Below, piece by piece: positions 1 to 13,039 of a stretch of 64,000 bases of DNA (within the stretch, counting starts at the first letter, position 1; each line of letters starts with the position of its first letter). The position numbers and the translations under genes were made by a program. This DNA comes from Macrostomum lignano. Its lineage: Eukaryota. Under the pieces are notes generated by a model. The model saw only the letters and a program-made list of their open reading frames with translations. It was not told the DNA's origin and ran no database searches. Where the stretch lies: positions 326,822-390,821 of the forward strand of contig NIVC01000717.1 of NCBI GenBank assembly GCA_002269645.1. The letters are read 5' to 3'.

Positions 1-1950
1 GGCGCCAAAATGAGTGCCTGCGGCGCTAAAATGAGTGCCTCCGACGCTAAAATGAGTGCCTGTGGCGCTAAAATGAGTGCCTGCGGTGCTAAAATGAGTG
101 CCTGTGGCGCTAAAATGAGTGCCTGCGGCGCTAAAATGAGTGCCTGTGGCGCTAAAATGAGTGCCTGCGGCGCTAAAATGAGTGCCTGCGGCGCTAAAAT
201 GAGTGCCTGTGGCGCTAAAATGAGTGCCTGCGGCGCTAAAATGAGTGCCTGCGGCGCTAAAATGAGTGCCTGCGGCGCTAAAATGAGTGCCTCCGACGCT
301 AAAATGAGTGCCTGTGGCGCTAAAATGAGTGCCTGCGGCGCTAAAATGAGTGCCTCCGACGCTAAAATGAGTGCCTGTGGCGCTAAAATGAGTGCCTGCG
401 GCGCTAAAATGAGTGCCTCCGACGCTAAAATGAGTGCCTGTGGCGCTAAAATGAGTGCCTGCGGCGCTAGAATGAGTGCCTGCGGCGCTAAAATGATTGC
501 CTGCGGCGCTAAAATGAGTGCCTGCGGCGCTAAAATGAGTGCCTGCGGCGCTAAAATGATTGCCTGCGGCGCTAAAATGAGTGCCTCCGACGCTAAAATG
601 AGTGCCTGCGGCGCTAAAATGAGTGCCTGCGGCGCTAAAATGATTGCCTGCGGCGCTAAAATGAGTGCCTCCGACGCTAAAATGATTGCCTGTGGCGCTA
701 AAATGAGTGCCTGCGGCGCTAAAATGAGTGCCTGCAGTGCTAAAATGAGTGCCTGCAGTGCTAAAATGAGTGCCTGCAGTGCTAAAATGAGTGCCTGCAG
801 TGCTAAAATGAGTTCCTGCGGCGCTAACATGAGTGCCTGCAGTGCTGAAATGAGTGCCTGTGGCGCTAAAATGAGTGCCTCCGACGCTAAAATGATTGCC
901 TGTGGCGCTAAAATGAGTGCCTGCGGCGCTAAAATGAGTGCCTGCAGTGCTAAAATGAGTGCCTGCAGTGCTAAAATGAGTGCCTGCAGTGCTAAAATGA
1001 GTGCCTGCAGTGCTAAAATGAGTTCCTGCGGCGCTAACATGAGTGCCTGCAGTGCTGAAATGAGTGCCTGTGGCGCTAAAATGAGTGTCTGCGGTGCTAA
1101 AATGAGTGCCTGCGGCGCTAAAATGAGTGCTTGCGGCGCTTAAATGAGTGCCTGTGGCGCTAAAATGAGTGCCTGCGGCGCTAAAATGAGTGCCTGCGGC
1201 GCTAAAATGAGTGCCTGCAAAGCTAAAATGAGTGCCTGCGGCGCTAAAATGAGTGCCTGCAGTGCTAAAATGAGTTCCTGCGGCGCTAACATGAGTGCCT
1301 GCAGTGCTAAAATGAGTGCCTGTGGCGCTAAAATGAGTTTCTGCGGTGCTAAAATGAGTGCCTGCGGCGCTAAAATGAGTGCTTGCGGCGCTAAAATGAG
1401 TGCCTGTGGCGCTAAAATGAGTGCCTGCGGCGCTAAAATGAGTGCCTGCGGCGCTAAAATGAGTGCCTGCGGCGCTAAAATGAGTGCCTGCGGCGCTAAA
1501 ATGAGTGCCTGCAGCGCTAAAATGAGTGCCTGCGGCGCTAAAATGAGTGCCTGCGGCGCTAAAATGAGTGCCTGCGGCGCTAAAATGAGTGCCTGCAGCG
1601 CTAAAATGAGTGCCTGTGGCGCTAAAATGAGTGCCTGCGGCGCTAAAATGAGTGCCTGCGGTGTTAAAATGAGTGCCTGCGGTGTTAAAATGAGTGCCTG
1701 CGGTGTTAAAATAATTGCCTGCAAAGCTAAAATGAGTGCCTGCGGCGCTAAAATGAGTGCCTGCAAAGCTAAAATGAGTGCCTGTGGCGCTAAAATGAGT
1801 GCCTGCGGCGCTAAAATGAGTGCCTGCAGCGCTAAAATGAGTGCCTGCGGCGCTAAAATGAGTGCCTGCAGCGCTAAAATGAGTGCCTGCAGCGCTAAAA
1901 TGAGTGCCTGCGGCGCCAAAATGAGTCCCTGTGGCGCTAAAATGAGCGCT
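1..1950 (+). repeat. 21-bp minisatellite (GGCGCTAAAATGAGTGCCTGC)n, running off the window start
   Basis: Tandem 21-nt units with variants; accounts for the MSACGAK and APQALIL ORFs. Confidence 0.97.
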
Positions 1951-2041
1951 GACAACAGCGATTCTGTTAATAATGTACATGTACATGCATATAATTCTTG
2001 GCTTTGTCCCCCTGTCATAAAATCCATTACGACGCCCCTTG
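1..2041 (+). mobile_element. Right part of a hAT-like non-autonomous element carrying the 21-bp array
   Basis: Unique tail after the array (GCTGACAACA..GATTCTG..AATAATGT..AATTCTTGGCTT..CCCCC..GACGCCCCTTG) matches the reverse complement of 5425-5560 and also 42058-42150. Confidence 0.55.
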
Positions 2042-2158
2042 CTGGTGACCGACATAACAGCAGAAATTTAGTTTCTAAATTCGGCGTGCTTTACAATTAA
2101 GTGGCGTAACTTTCATGGTCCCATATAATATACATGTATATAGCCAATATATACCCAA

Positions 2159-2410
2159 GTGGGAATTTTAGCCTGGCGGTTAGAGCGTCGGAGTCACGAC
2201 TGAACAGTCGGGGGTTCGATTCTTGACCCACTTGGAACTATTTGTGTCCTTGAGCATGAAGACACTTAACTCTGCATTGCTTCAGCTTGCACCCAGCTGT
2301 AAAATCGGTGCCAGCATTTAATTTGGGTAATAGTTATGGAGATAATACTAGTAATAATTATTACTAAGGACTACTAGACGTAACAGCGTTATAAAAATAC
2401 ACTAATTCAA
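2159..2410 (+). mobile_element. tRNA-derived SINE with a CORE/Meta-like central domain
   Basis: A-box-like TAGCCTGGCGGTTAGAGCG, B-box GGTTCGATTC, then TGTGTCCTTGAGCA..AGACACTTAAC..CACCCAGCTGTAAAAT and an AT-rich tail; no complete tRNA acceptor stem or CCA. Confidence 0.7.
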
Positions 2411-4493
2411 TATGTTTAACAATCTAGAAAGCTTTTGACAACTTAATAATAAGATTTCACTTAATTGCAGTAGTGTAATTTTACATGGGTCAAAACATTT
2501 GCGTTCAATTAACAAGCTTTTAATTGCAGTCAACATCAACTAAAGAACAGGTGTGTTAACACTGATTTTTTCACTCAAGCAATTGGTGTGTAGCGATGTT
2601 GCTTCAAGAGAACCATAATACGATATTTAAAGTGCTTCTGCAAAAAGTCTACAGAGTATGGTGTGGTATATAACAGGACCATTGGTTCAGTGGGGCAGGA
2701 TGTGCCCTCGCATAGCGTTGTGTGCAGTGTGGTTGCCGTGAACGAATTGAATCAATACAATTATGGGCTTTATTTGCCATCGGCTGCTAAGTTAAGTCAA
2801 CTTTACTCTGAACAACTCTCTTCTACGAAGAACCTCTTTCTCTCTGTCTGCTCTCGATCGTTCAATTTTTCGTCTGTATTGACATTTTTAACCAAATTTT
2901 ACCAAATTTCCTATGTTTCTTAACTTTCTACTAATCAGTAGAGCGAATTGAAAATATTTTAGTTTGGATCGAAACTCGATCTGCAGAAACCGCAAAAGCC
3001 TTAATTGCAAAGTTGGTATAATCCTCGCTTAATAAGAGTACATGTAAATCCCTGAAATAATAAACAAGGTGTATGCATGTAGCAATCTGCTTTTATCTAA
3101 TGCATGCGCGTAGAGCGAAAAATGCTGCTTCCGCTTGTGCATGTTAAACTTTAAAAATTTGTTTATCTGCTGTTGGTCATTACTTTTTAAACTACTTTGT
3201 TTTGATAAGTGGATTTTTCTGATAATTTTTTTATTTTTATTAATACCCGAATCTAAATAAAGTACAATTGACATATAAACAAACAGTGCTATATACAGTT
3301 TATTTACGTTATGAGTATCGAGATACACGCATGTAGTCCAAGTAGTGAAAAGTTACAGTGATAAAAAATAAAATAAAACTTTGCTGCATTCGTGTACGGA
3401 AAATCATTAAAACAAAATAATAAAACAATATTTTCGGTACTAAATTTTGTTTCGGTGTATTTCTTATTTTCTGGTACCATCATGCAGCTAATACCCTAAA
3501 TGTAAAAGAACCGTGACATGTACATATAGAATTATAATCTGAGTTGTAGAAAAAACATTATTAGGTAAAGAACATTTCAACATTTGACAGTTATATATGT
3601 TAGCTCGAAACTTTTACAGTCAATGGCTTGATACGCATACAGTTTTTAAGGTGTGCTATTTTGTCATTAATAAATGTGAATCAATATTTGATCGTCGTCC
3701 CTTGCCACACGTCTTAAAATATTGAAATGCGATAATTAGCTAGTTTTTTAAAATCGGGAATAGGTTCATTAACAAACCTTGAGTTAATCGTGAGTTTCGA
3801 CGCCCATATGCAGATAAACAAAAAACCCGGCACAAAAATGAACGTTATAACGACCAACTTAGAAACATGAAAATTAAAGAACTAAATCACTTACTGCGGA
3901 CAGCTGCATTTATCAAAACCGATTTGAACTTTAACGCTGATGATACATACATGTAGTGAAGGATATGCATTCTTTTGATTGGAATTCTTCTTTTAAATCT
4001 TTTGGGGAAACTGCTAGGGTTTTTACAAGATATGGAGCTAGACTACAATTAATATCAAAAGGAACAATATGTGTGCTGCAGACGCAAAATGTTCTGTATT
4101 TAAATACGGGAATTGGAATGAAGAAACTGATACAATGTTCAATAACGATTCAGTACTGTACATGCAGTTTTAACCCGCATAGAGAATATTTTTGTGTCAA
4201 TTACACATCTGAAACGCTTAGAAAGATTTTTTCAGTTTTGATTGTCGAAACTTCAGTTGAATTAATACAATATCAAATATTAGATTTGATTAGATTGGAA
4301 GCCACACAGTTTTCAAGGTGCATGTGGTTGTGTCAGCGGTGCATGGTTTCTTATCAAGTTTTTACCATGCTTGTTGATAATTTGTCTGTGCTTGGCTGTG
4401 TCTCACTCCAATGCAGTTGATGTAAAAAATAATTACTGACGGTCATTCCGGTTTGATCTTTTCGAGCGTTTCATCGTGATACACCTGGCTGAT

Positions 4494-5175
4494 CTACGTC
4501 TGCACCTGCCTGAAGATGGCCTCCCTAGCTGGCATCGGCAGGTGTCTGGCCGAGAGTCCGGCCACGTGTCTCAATCTGTCAGGCTTGCGCGCCATCAGGT
4601 CGGCCGATTTGCGCAAAAATCTCCGATTTGTGAGGGCGATAATCACAAAGTTGAAGTAGGAATCGGCTATGATGAATAGATTGCCAACAACTCGACTGAT
4701 CACCACCTTGGCTGTCTCCTCGCCCGAGTCTAGCGCGGCCAGAACCGTAGTCGGAACCTCGCACTGGGCAAAAATCAGAGCGACTAGCATCACGCGCAGC
4801 ACCGCCCTGGCTGAGACCTGCGGTCCACCGTTGCCGTTTCCGCTGACGCTCTCGACGGCGCTGCTGTCGCCGCGAGTGATGACGCCGCGAACTCTCTGCG
4901 ACAGTGACAACCTGCGCAATTGGCTGCCGCCCCCTCCGCCGCTGCTACCGCTTGGAGCTGTCAAATCGTCAGCTGTCAACAAGTGATGACCGGCTTTGTG
5001 ACGCAACAGCCTCCAAGAGATCACTAGGGAGATGGTGAAAGCTAGACTGGCTGGTACAGGACCTTGCAGAGCGAATATCACAGCATGAATTGTGTCGTGA
5101 TTGTTCGACAGCAGCTGGATGTAGTGCGGAATCAGGTCCGTTCTCACGTAGATGTTGACTGCTTCGGCTGAGAAT
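4494..5175 (-). CDS. Class A GPCR-like 7TM receptor, exon 2 (TM5-TM7 and C-tail)
   Basis: Acceptor CCAACCAG|A at 5175 is phase-compatible with exon 1; TM6 QCEVP (CxxP) and TM7 DSYFNFVIIALTNRRF; stop TAG at 4494. Confidence 0.7.
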
Positions 5176-5424
5176 CTGGTTGGGATTTGAAGGCGTTTAA
5201 GGAGGCTGTTGGCTAGTTTGTTGAGTTTAATGATACAGAAAAACCTGAATTTCTATTCTTGATGCTTTGAAGATGGCTCGATACTTGTCATAAGCTCTCG
5301 CTAGCTAAATCCTTGATTTCTTACAGACTTGAAGTTTGCCAGAAAGCAAATTTTCTTATTTTTCTTTCACCTTAGCAGAACGGTACCGAGATTGCATGAG
5401 CAGCTCATTAACGATAATTTAAAC

Positions 5425-6314
5425 CAGGGGGCTCGCTATGGTTTTCATGGTGGGGGAAGGGGGAAGCCAAGAATTCGACATGTACAGACATGAATAAATT
5501 CAAACATCCACATTATTTTCAGAATCCGTGTTGTCAGCTCTTATTTAGCGAAGGCATTCATTTTGGCGCCGCAGGCACTCATTTTAGCACTGCAGGCACT
5601 CATTTTAGCACTGCAGGCACTTATTTTAGCACCGCAGGCACTCATTTTAGCACTGCAGGCACTCATTTTAGAACTGCGGGCACTCATTTTAGCACTGCAG
5701 GCACTCATTTTAGCACTGCAGGCACTCATTTTAGCGCCGCAGGCACTCATTTTAGCGCCGCAGACACTCATTTTAGCGCCGCAGTCACTCATTTTAGCGC
5801 CGCAGGCACTCATTTTAGCTCCGCAGGCACTCATTTTAGCGCCGCAGGCACTCATTTTAGCTCCGCAGGCACTCATTTTAGCGCCACAGGCACTCATTTT
5901 AGCTCCGCAGGCACTCATTTTAGCGCTGCAGGCACTCATTTTAGCACCACAGGCACTCATTTTAGCACCACAGGCACTCATTTTAGCGCCGCAGGCACTC
6001 ATTTTAGCACCACAGGCACTCATTTTAGCGCCGCAGGTACTCATTTTAGCGCCACAGGCACTCATTTTAGAACTGCGGGCACTCATTTTAGCACTGCAGG
6101 CACTCATTTTAGCGCCGCAGACACTCATTTTAGCGCCGCAGGCACTCATTTTAGCGCCGCAGGCACTTACTTTTTGGCGCCCTGAATCAAAATTATTTAT
6201 TTTTATACCGGGTCCCAAGTTGGAGTGTGGGGAGGTCGACAAAGCATTGGTATGTCCCCCATAGCTTTTACTGGGGAGTACATGTCCCCCTGTCCCCCCG
6301 TGGTGACGCCCCTG
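5425..6314. mobile_element. hAT-like MITE in the GPCR intron, with an internal inverted 21-bp array
   Basis: Imperfect TIRs CAGGGGGCTCGCTA ... TGGTGACGCCCCTG; flanking 8-mers ATTTAAAC (5417-5424) and GTTTAAAC (6315-6322) match 7/8, consistent with an 8-bp hAT TSD. Confidence 0.7.
5561..6181 (-). repeat. Same 21-bp minisatellite as 1-1950, inverted
   Basis: (GCAGGCACTCATTTTAGCGCC)n. Confidence 0.95.
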
Positions 6315-7339
6315 GTTTAAACTGCAGCCAAAAAACACACGACCCACTACATGTGAAAAGATCCACTAACTCCGCTCGTAGCTGAAGGAGAGCTCAAATA
6401 AACAAGAATTATTAACGTCTGTTGAAAAACATGCCACTTAGAATTTAGGTGACACTTGTGGTTTGGATCCAATTAATTACACAATAATGCCCACGTGTTG
6501 TACGGCAAAATTCTAGTCAGATTAACAAATCTTGTTTTACGATTGCTAAAGCGCTACAGAAATTTCTGACCTCATTGTGTTTGCGGCCTCACGAAAATAT
6601 ATTGATTCATGCGACCATTGATCTGTGGGTCTGCCAGGGCAAACTGCCAACTTTTTGGGAGTCTTCCCATTTCCTATCTACTTCTTGGGGCTAAAAAAGG
6701 AATTAAGGAACAAGTTAAATCAATTGCATGGTGGATTGACTGGGAAGGATTAGTCTTGCAGCCATATATTGTATTGTATTGTATTGCCTTCTCTGTATTC
6801 AACCGATTTTCCCATAAAGAAAAAGGGATCTAATGTATTTCTAAGAAAATCCGCTTAGTCTCAAGAACCTCCTTCGTTCTTCCTACACCCACACATAAGT
6901 TGAAATTTTGTTTTAATTATTTCGCATTGAATGTGGATCAGTCTTAGAGGACGAAATTCTTCAAAAAATCTGCAATGATCGAAGAGTTTTTTCTGACGTC
7001 AGTCACTGCAAACCAAATGCTTTGAAGTTCTGTTCTGTAAAGTGCAATTTGCTGCGGTTTGACAATAAAAGTTTTTCCCACTTGACACTTCTAGCGATCT
7101 GCTGACGTGTATCAAAGCAAGCAGCGCAGCGGTAGGCAACACACGTCATCGCAAAAACTGTCAATCTGTCATAACAATGCATTTGGTTACTTGCTAGGTT
7201 TAGATTTAAGCCATGAAGCCCTGAAATTTGTACACGCAATTACGATCAGCTTCAAGCATTGAAGTACTTTTACCTGACGGAAAATTTCTTCTATGATCAG
7301 GCTATGATCAATATCATACTCAAGCAGGCCTGCTCTTAC

Positions 7340-7935
7340 CGGATGCAGTTAGGCACCAGAGCGAAAATGTAACAGGCGGCAAAGGCGGTCCTGGCTTTGG
7401 CGGCTGTCAAGGTGACCCTCGACCGCATCGGCGAAGCGATGGCCACCAAAGTGAGCGTGGTCTTGACCACAATGCAGTAGTTTCTAGCGAACAGCAGGTA
7501 GTTTGTCGAATAGAAAGCCACTAGCAGAGGAATTGGAAAGTACTTTCCGCCCTTTGAAACGCTGGACAGACTGCTGGTTGTAGTAGCATTTTCGGTAGCA
7601 TCTTTGATGCTGAACAACGAACTGGACAGGTTGGTGGTGGCATTAATCTGCAGCAGCTGATCGATGCTGCCATCCAAACAGGCGGCTCGACTCTCGGCAA
7701 TGTTCGCCAGCTTCAAGCTTAAACAGGCGCCGCTGCTCAGGCAGACGAGCATCTCCGTGATGACGATGGTTAGGAATCCCGTAACGCTGTTGGAATCGGA
7801 TTTCAAACGGTGAAACACGAATGCTGAGAATGCGAATGCCAGGCCAGCTAAGAAGGTGAAGGGAGCCACGACGATGTAGGGGTAGTACTCAATGTCCAGC
7901 AGCCGGCAGAAATGCTCCGCCGAGTTCGGAGCCAT
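7340..7935 (-). CDS. Class A GPCR-like 7TM receptor, exon 1 (TM1-TM4)
   Basis: ATG at 7935, four hydrophobic helices, TM3/ICL2 pattern VAIASPMRSRVTLTAAKAR, donor CG|GTAAG at 7340; the spliced ORF is 425 aa. Confidence 0.7.
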
Positions 7936-8103
7936 CCCGTGCGATTGGGGTTGTTGCTGACCGCGGGAACGACGAGTTGTTGAGGCACCTGTCAGGTAAT
8001 GGATTTTGAACACCTTGAGAAGTATGAAAGATCTATCCTTCCCCAAAGATCTAGCCTTAGAGAGAATTTTTTCTACAATTGATTGAGACTATCGATTGTT
8101 TTT

Positions 8104-8200
8104 GCAGGGAGCACCCGATGTCTGTGCAGGGAGCACCCGATGTTTAAGCAGGGAGCACCCGATGTTTCTATAGGGAGCACCCGATGTTTTTGCAGGGAAC
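8104..8200. repeat. 22-bp tandem repeat, about 4.5 copies
   Basis: GCAGGGAGCACCCGATGTnTnn units. Confidence 0.85.
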
Positions 8201-9149
8201 CTACAAGATTTTCAGATTTACGGAGGCCTTGTTATTGTCTATACTTTACTAAATATTCGTATACCGGAGCTAACGGAGTGCCCGTGAAAACTCATTCAGT
8301 CAACAGTAAAAGTGCAGTCCGTCGCTCCGTTTGCATCCGCCCCCCATCCAACCCCAGTTGGAGAAAATCCCAGCTTAATTAATCATCTCTAAAGGAAGAA
8401 TGTTGAAAATAGAAAAGCAACATGTTTTCCTGGGTTCGCCCTTGTCCCTCTTTACCTCCTGTTTTCGAATCGCATGTCAGACTAACAAAACTAAAAGCAA
8501 TATATCAGCAGCTTTGCTAAATTTTATATACGTTGTAGCTACGGAGCCAAATGCGTAAAGTGAGTTGCTGGGTTGTTTTGGTGTCTGATTGTGAGCGAGG
8601 CAACCCAGGGCGGGGGAGCCTGCGCCTTCACTCGAATTAATCCCAGGCAGCTTATCTTGCCGCGTATCAAACAAAATGAGTAGTCCATCACTTGGCCTCC
8701 CGCGTCTACCAAGTCCGATTCTTGAGCCGCCTCCTGCAACCTTCTTTCTTTATTTCTTTCTTTCTTTCATTCCATCTCTCTTCTCTTTCGCACTTTTGCT
8801 GTTTACCAGCGCAAACCGCAGAGCTCCCATTCAATTTTCATTTCCCCTAGAATTGCACACAGAAGACATGCCAACCCGGACATTGGGATAGTTTAATGCG
8901 CCGAAGTAATGTAATATAATAGTGTAATAAAATTGATTTCTAAGAAATGTTCTCAAAGCTTCAACAGAAAAAATTGTGCGATAGAAACAATTTTGGGATG
9001 AGGTTGATAAAATTTGATTGCTTCTGTGCTTTTTATGGACAAAGCATACAGCTTGAGATTGGGAGAGGCTTAGCGTTAATAGAAGGGTGAGCTTGAGGGT
9101 GAGTGGGAGAGTGAGTAGGAGGGTGAGAAGAAGGGTGAAAGGGAAGATA

Positions 9150-9345
9150 ACAAGGAGGTTGACAAGGGGGTGACAAGGAGGGTGACAAGGGGGTGACAAG
9201 GAGGGTGACAAGGAGGGTGACAAGGAGGGTGACAAGGGGGTGACAAGGAGGGTGACAAGGAGGGTGACAAGGAGGGTGACAAGGAGGGTGACAAGGAGGG
9301 TGACAAGGAGGGTGACAAGGAGGGTGACAAGGAGGGCGACAAGGA
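9150..9345. repeat. 12-bp purine-rich array
   Basis: (GTGACAAGGAGG)n. Confidence 0.92.
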
Positions 9346-9382
9346 GATTGAGAAGGAAGCTGACGTCCAGGGTGCGAAGGAG

Positions 9383-10220
9383 GTGGAGAGGCAGGGAGAG
9401 AGGGAAGATGAGACGCAGGGTGAGAGGGAAGATGAGAGGCAGGGTGAAAGGAAAGATGAGAGGCAGGGTGAGAGGGAAGATGAGAGGCAGGGTGAGAGGG
9501 AATATGAGAGGCAGGAAGAGAGGGAAGATGAGAGGCAGGGTGAGAGGGAAGATGAGAGGCAGGGTGAGAGGGAAGATGAGAGGCAGGGTGAGACGGAAGA
9601 TGAGAGGCAGGGTGAGAGGGATGATGAGAGGCATGGTGAGACGGAAGATGAGAGGCAGGGTGAGAGGGAAGAGGAGAGGCAGGGTGAGACGGAAGAGGAG
9701 AGGCAGGGTGAGACGGAAGATGAGAGGCAGGGTGAGACGGAAGATGAGAGGCAGGGTGAGAGGGAAGATGAGAGGCAGGGTGAAAGGAAAGATGAGAGGC
9801 AGGGTGAGAGGGAAGATGAGAGGCAGGGTGAGAGGGAATATGAGAGGCAGGAAGAGAGGGAAGATGAGAGGCAGGGTGAAAGGAAAGATGAGAGGCAGGG
9901 TGAGAGGGAAGATGAGAGGCAGGGTGAGACGGAAGATGAGAGGCAGGGTGAGAGGGATGATGAGAGGCATGGTGAGACGGAAGATGAGAGGCAGGGTGAG
10001 AGGGAAGAGGAGAGACAGGGTGAGACGGAAGAGGAGAGGCAGGGTGAGACGGAAGATGAGAGGCAGGGTGAGACGGAAGATGAGAGGCAGGGTGAGAGGG
10101 AAGATGAGAGGCAGGGAGATAAGGGAAGATGAGAGGCAGGGTGAGAGGGAAGATGAGAGGCAGGGAGATAAGGGAAGATGAGAGGCAGGGTGAGACGGAA
10201 GATGAGAGGCAGGGAGAGAA
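9383..10220. repeat. 24-bp purine-rich array with higher-order blocks
   Basis: (GAGAGGCAGGGTGAGAGGGAAGAT)n. Confidence 0.92.
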
Positions 10221-11869
10221 GGGAGAGACACACAGGAAGGAAGCAGTGGAGCTGCAAAATGTCCAGCAGAAGCGTTGCCCCTCTGGAGCAGGCCGCAATC
10301 AAGCAGACAAGCGCCTAGTTGGCAGGATACTTGAATTCGCACTCGAGTGTGACTGATCTAATTTAATCGCAAGCTCTATATTTATATCGCAACTTGAGGC
10401 TGACCGATAAAGTAAGAGAGTAGAGACGGAGCGAACGCTCGAACAAGACCAGAGTGAGTTCCACTGCGTGCAGTTGAGCGTAATAAGAATTATTAGTGGC
10501 GCAGATGCTTTGCTATGCTGTGCGTTTCTCGTTTCTCATGCTGCATGCTAAGGATTTCCCCTTCCGGTTGTGCAGACTTGGCTTCGCATTCGGTCTTCAC
10601 ATCGACAGCTTCAGCCTATACGCTCGTACTAAATGGGGGGTTGGCCGCTGCCGTCACATGCGCCATAGTTTTATGACCTCAAAGTGAAATTCCTGGAGAC
10701 AGCCGCAGGACGGAGGCTGCATGGCTACCTGTGGGGGCCAGGGATCGAAAATGCACATGCCAATGCGACCCTGGAACCCGTCTGCGCCTACATGTCTGTC
10801 TGTTTGATTGTAAAAAAATGTTCCAAGGCAGCTATTCGCTATAGAGCCATGGAGTTCTGCAATGGAAACTTGGATTGGAAACTAGCCGCAGGGACTACTA
10901 TAGGTATTGAATTGCGATGGACACTCTATATGGACAGATATTCCATTGATACATTTTTTCATATTTGCCAAAGTAGATCCAAGTGTATCCAAGCAACGTT
11001 GCGTCGAAATTCTGAGGGTATGAGTGCGTGTCTTGTACGTGCTCAGGAGAATCGCCGTCAGCACTGGTAGTGGGACGATGTCGCTTAAAAAAAACGCTTA
11101 AAAACCCACTTCCGATTCACCAGAAGCATCAAACTTTCAACACCGGATAAAAAGTTCTCAGTGCTCGTTGAATCGCCACTTTAGCGACTTGGTAAGACTG
11201 TGGCCGTGCGTGATGCGATGAAGATGACGCTTAGAAGAGACTGAGTGAAGAGCGAAGTTCAGTTGATTAATTCTGGTCCGGAGGGTTTTCTAAAGAGAAA
11301 GAAAAGACGCAGACAACGCGGCGGTAGCGTGAGTCTCGGACAAGTAAGCTGATCCCGGGAGACCGCCTGGACTTCCCGTCCGTGTCTCTGATGGATTCAG
11401 AAGACAAGGTTGAGTAACATGATTAAACTTGACGCCTTACACGCTCAGTGTCGAGTGTGTCTTTATTTTCTTACATAGGGCGATCAAAAATAGAAGACTT
11501 GCTCAAGTTGATTGAACTCCGACTGAGTGTTTTCGGGACCCGCTAATCACGCAAGCCATTAAGTTTTGTTGGCTTGTTGTTTCCGTTCGAAGTCAAAGGA
11601 TTTAGAGCTAGAGAGAAAGAGTAGGGTAGGGATTAAAGAAATGGGAATACAAGAAGGGGAGCATTGGATTAGGGATAATAACGGTTCCAGAGAGTACCTT
11701 AATTAATGTAAACAAAGACGAAACATCAACATCGACCTGTCTCAAAATAGGCCCCGGCAACTGTCTGAGTATCAATATACAGTCAAAATTGTCAGAAAAA
11801 GTCGCCAAAGTGGCCGAAAAAGTGTCAGAAGATCGAGAGTGGCGAGGGGACACGATGTCAAATTATGCA

Positions 11870-12480
11870 CCAAAAAGTCTCAGAGAGGTGCCAAAAATGT
11901 GTCAGAAAATGTGCCAAAATGAGTCAGAAGAAGCGTCAAAAGTGTATCAGAAGAAGCGTCAAAAATTGTCAGAAGAAGCGCCAAAAATGTGTCAGAAAAT
12001 GTGCCAAAAGTGTGTCAGAAGAAGCGTCAAAAGTGTGTCAGAAGAAGCGCCAAAAGTGTGTCAGAAGAAGCGCCAAAAGTGTATCAGAAGAAGCGTCAAA
12101 AGTATGTCAGAAGAAGCGTCAAAAATGTGTCAGAAGAAGCGCCAAAAGTGTGTCAGAAGAAGCGTCAAAAGTGTGTCAGAAGAAGCGCCAAAAGTGAGTC
12201 AGAAGAAGCGTCAAAAGTGTATTAGAAGAAGCGTCAAAAATTGTCAGAAGAAGCGCCAAAAATGTGTCAGAAGAAGCGCCAAAAGTGTGTCAGAAGAAGC
12301 GTCAAAAGTGTATCAGAAGAAGCGTCAAAAGTGTCAGAAGAAGCGTCAAAAGTGTGTCAGAAGAAGCGTCAAAAGTGTGTCAGAAAAAGCGCCAAAAATT
12401 TGTCAGAAAAGATGCTAAAAGTGTGTCAGAAGAAGCGCCAAAAATGTATCAGAAAATATCCCGAAATTTGTCAGACAAGA
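11870..12480. repeat. 20-22-bp minisatellite
   Basis: (TGTCAGAAGAAGCGTCAAAAGTG)-type units. Confidence 0.9.
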
Positions 12481-13039
12481 CGCAGAAATCAGTCATCAAC
12501 AGAGACGCAAAATTAAGCCAAATGAGTATGATAAAACAAATAAAGTAATACGTTGTCAATAAGAGAATTTTTCACAACTCACTTGAATAGTTGATCGTCA
12601 ATAGTCGGAATAACTCCGTCAAGATAGAGACAAAAATTCCTTCTCAGATATAAAGTTACGATTGAATTTGAGTCCAATATGAGCAAATGAGAGCACTGAT
12701 TGGGAATCAGTGGACTGTAGCAGCGGCGGCAGCAGTGGACACCGGTTCCTGCTAGTTGTATCCGGGGGGCAGAAGCACTCGACCAGTTGCAGAGCTCGCC
12801 TCATTGGCTGACTGTCAGCCCTGCGCTAAGCTTCGTCCCTTTGGCTGAATAACTAAACTATTTCTAAACCTAGTCTGCAGCCACACTTGCTGCTCTAAAG
12901 CTGATCTACAACAGAAACGTGAATTAGTCTAAAATAATCGGGAAATGTGTACATCGGACATTTGGGAATGACTCATGCCTACTTACGCTTGGATTACGGT
13001 ACTAAATTTAGATATAGAGAGGCATTAATCATTGTTAGC

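Noticed and set aside
10-2100. Long MSACGAK / APQALIL repeat-protein ORFs (also 5490-6347)
   Set aside because: Translations of a 21-bp stop-poor minisatellite, open in several frames on both strands
2159-2235. tRNA gene
   Set aside because: A and B boxes are present, but there is no paired acceptor stem and it continues into a SINE body
8831-10356. Overlapping 250-500 aa ORFs (also 14079-14762, 32274-33883, 53642-54980, 55504-56233, 56765-57662)
   Set aside because: Low-complexity repeat artefacts with no domain content
10230-11450. GC-balanced stretch with short ORFs (also 12600-12850, 18915-19375, 30780-31094)
   Set aside because: No recognisable motif or consistent splice pattern; cannot be supported as coding
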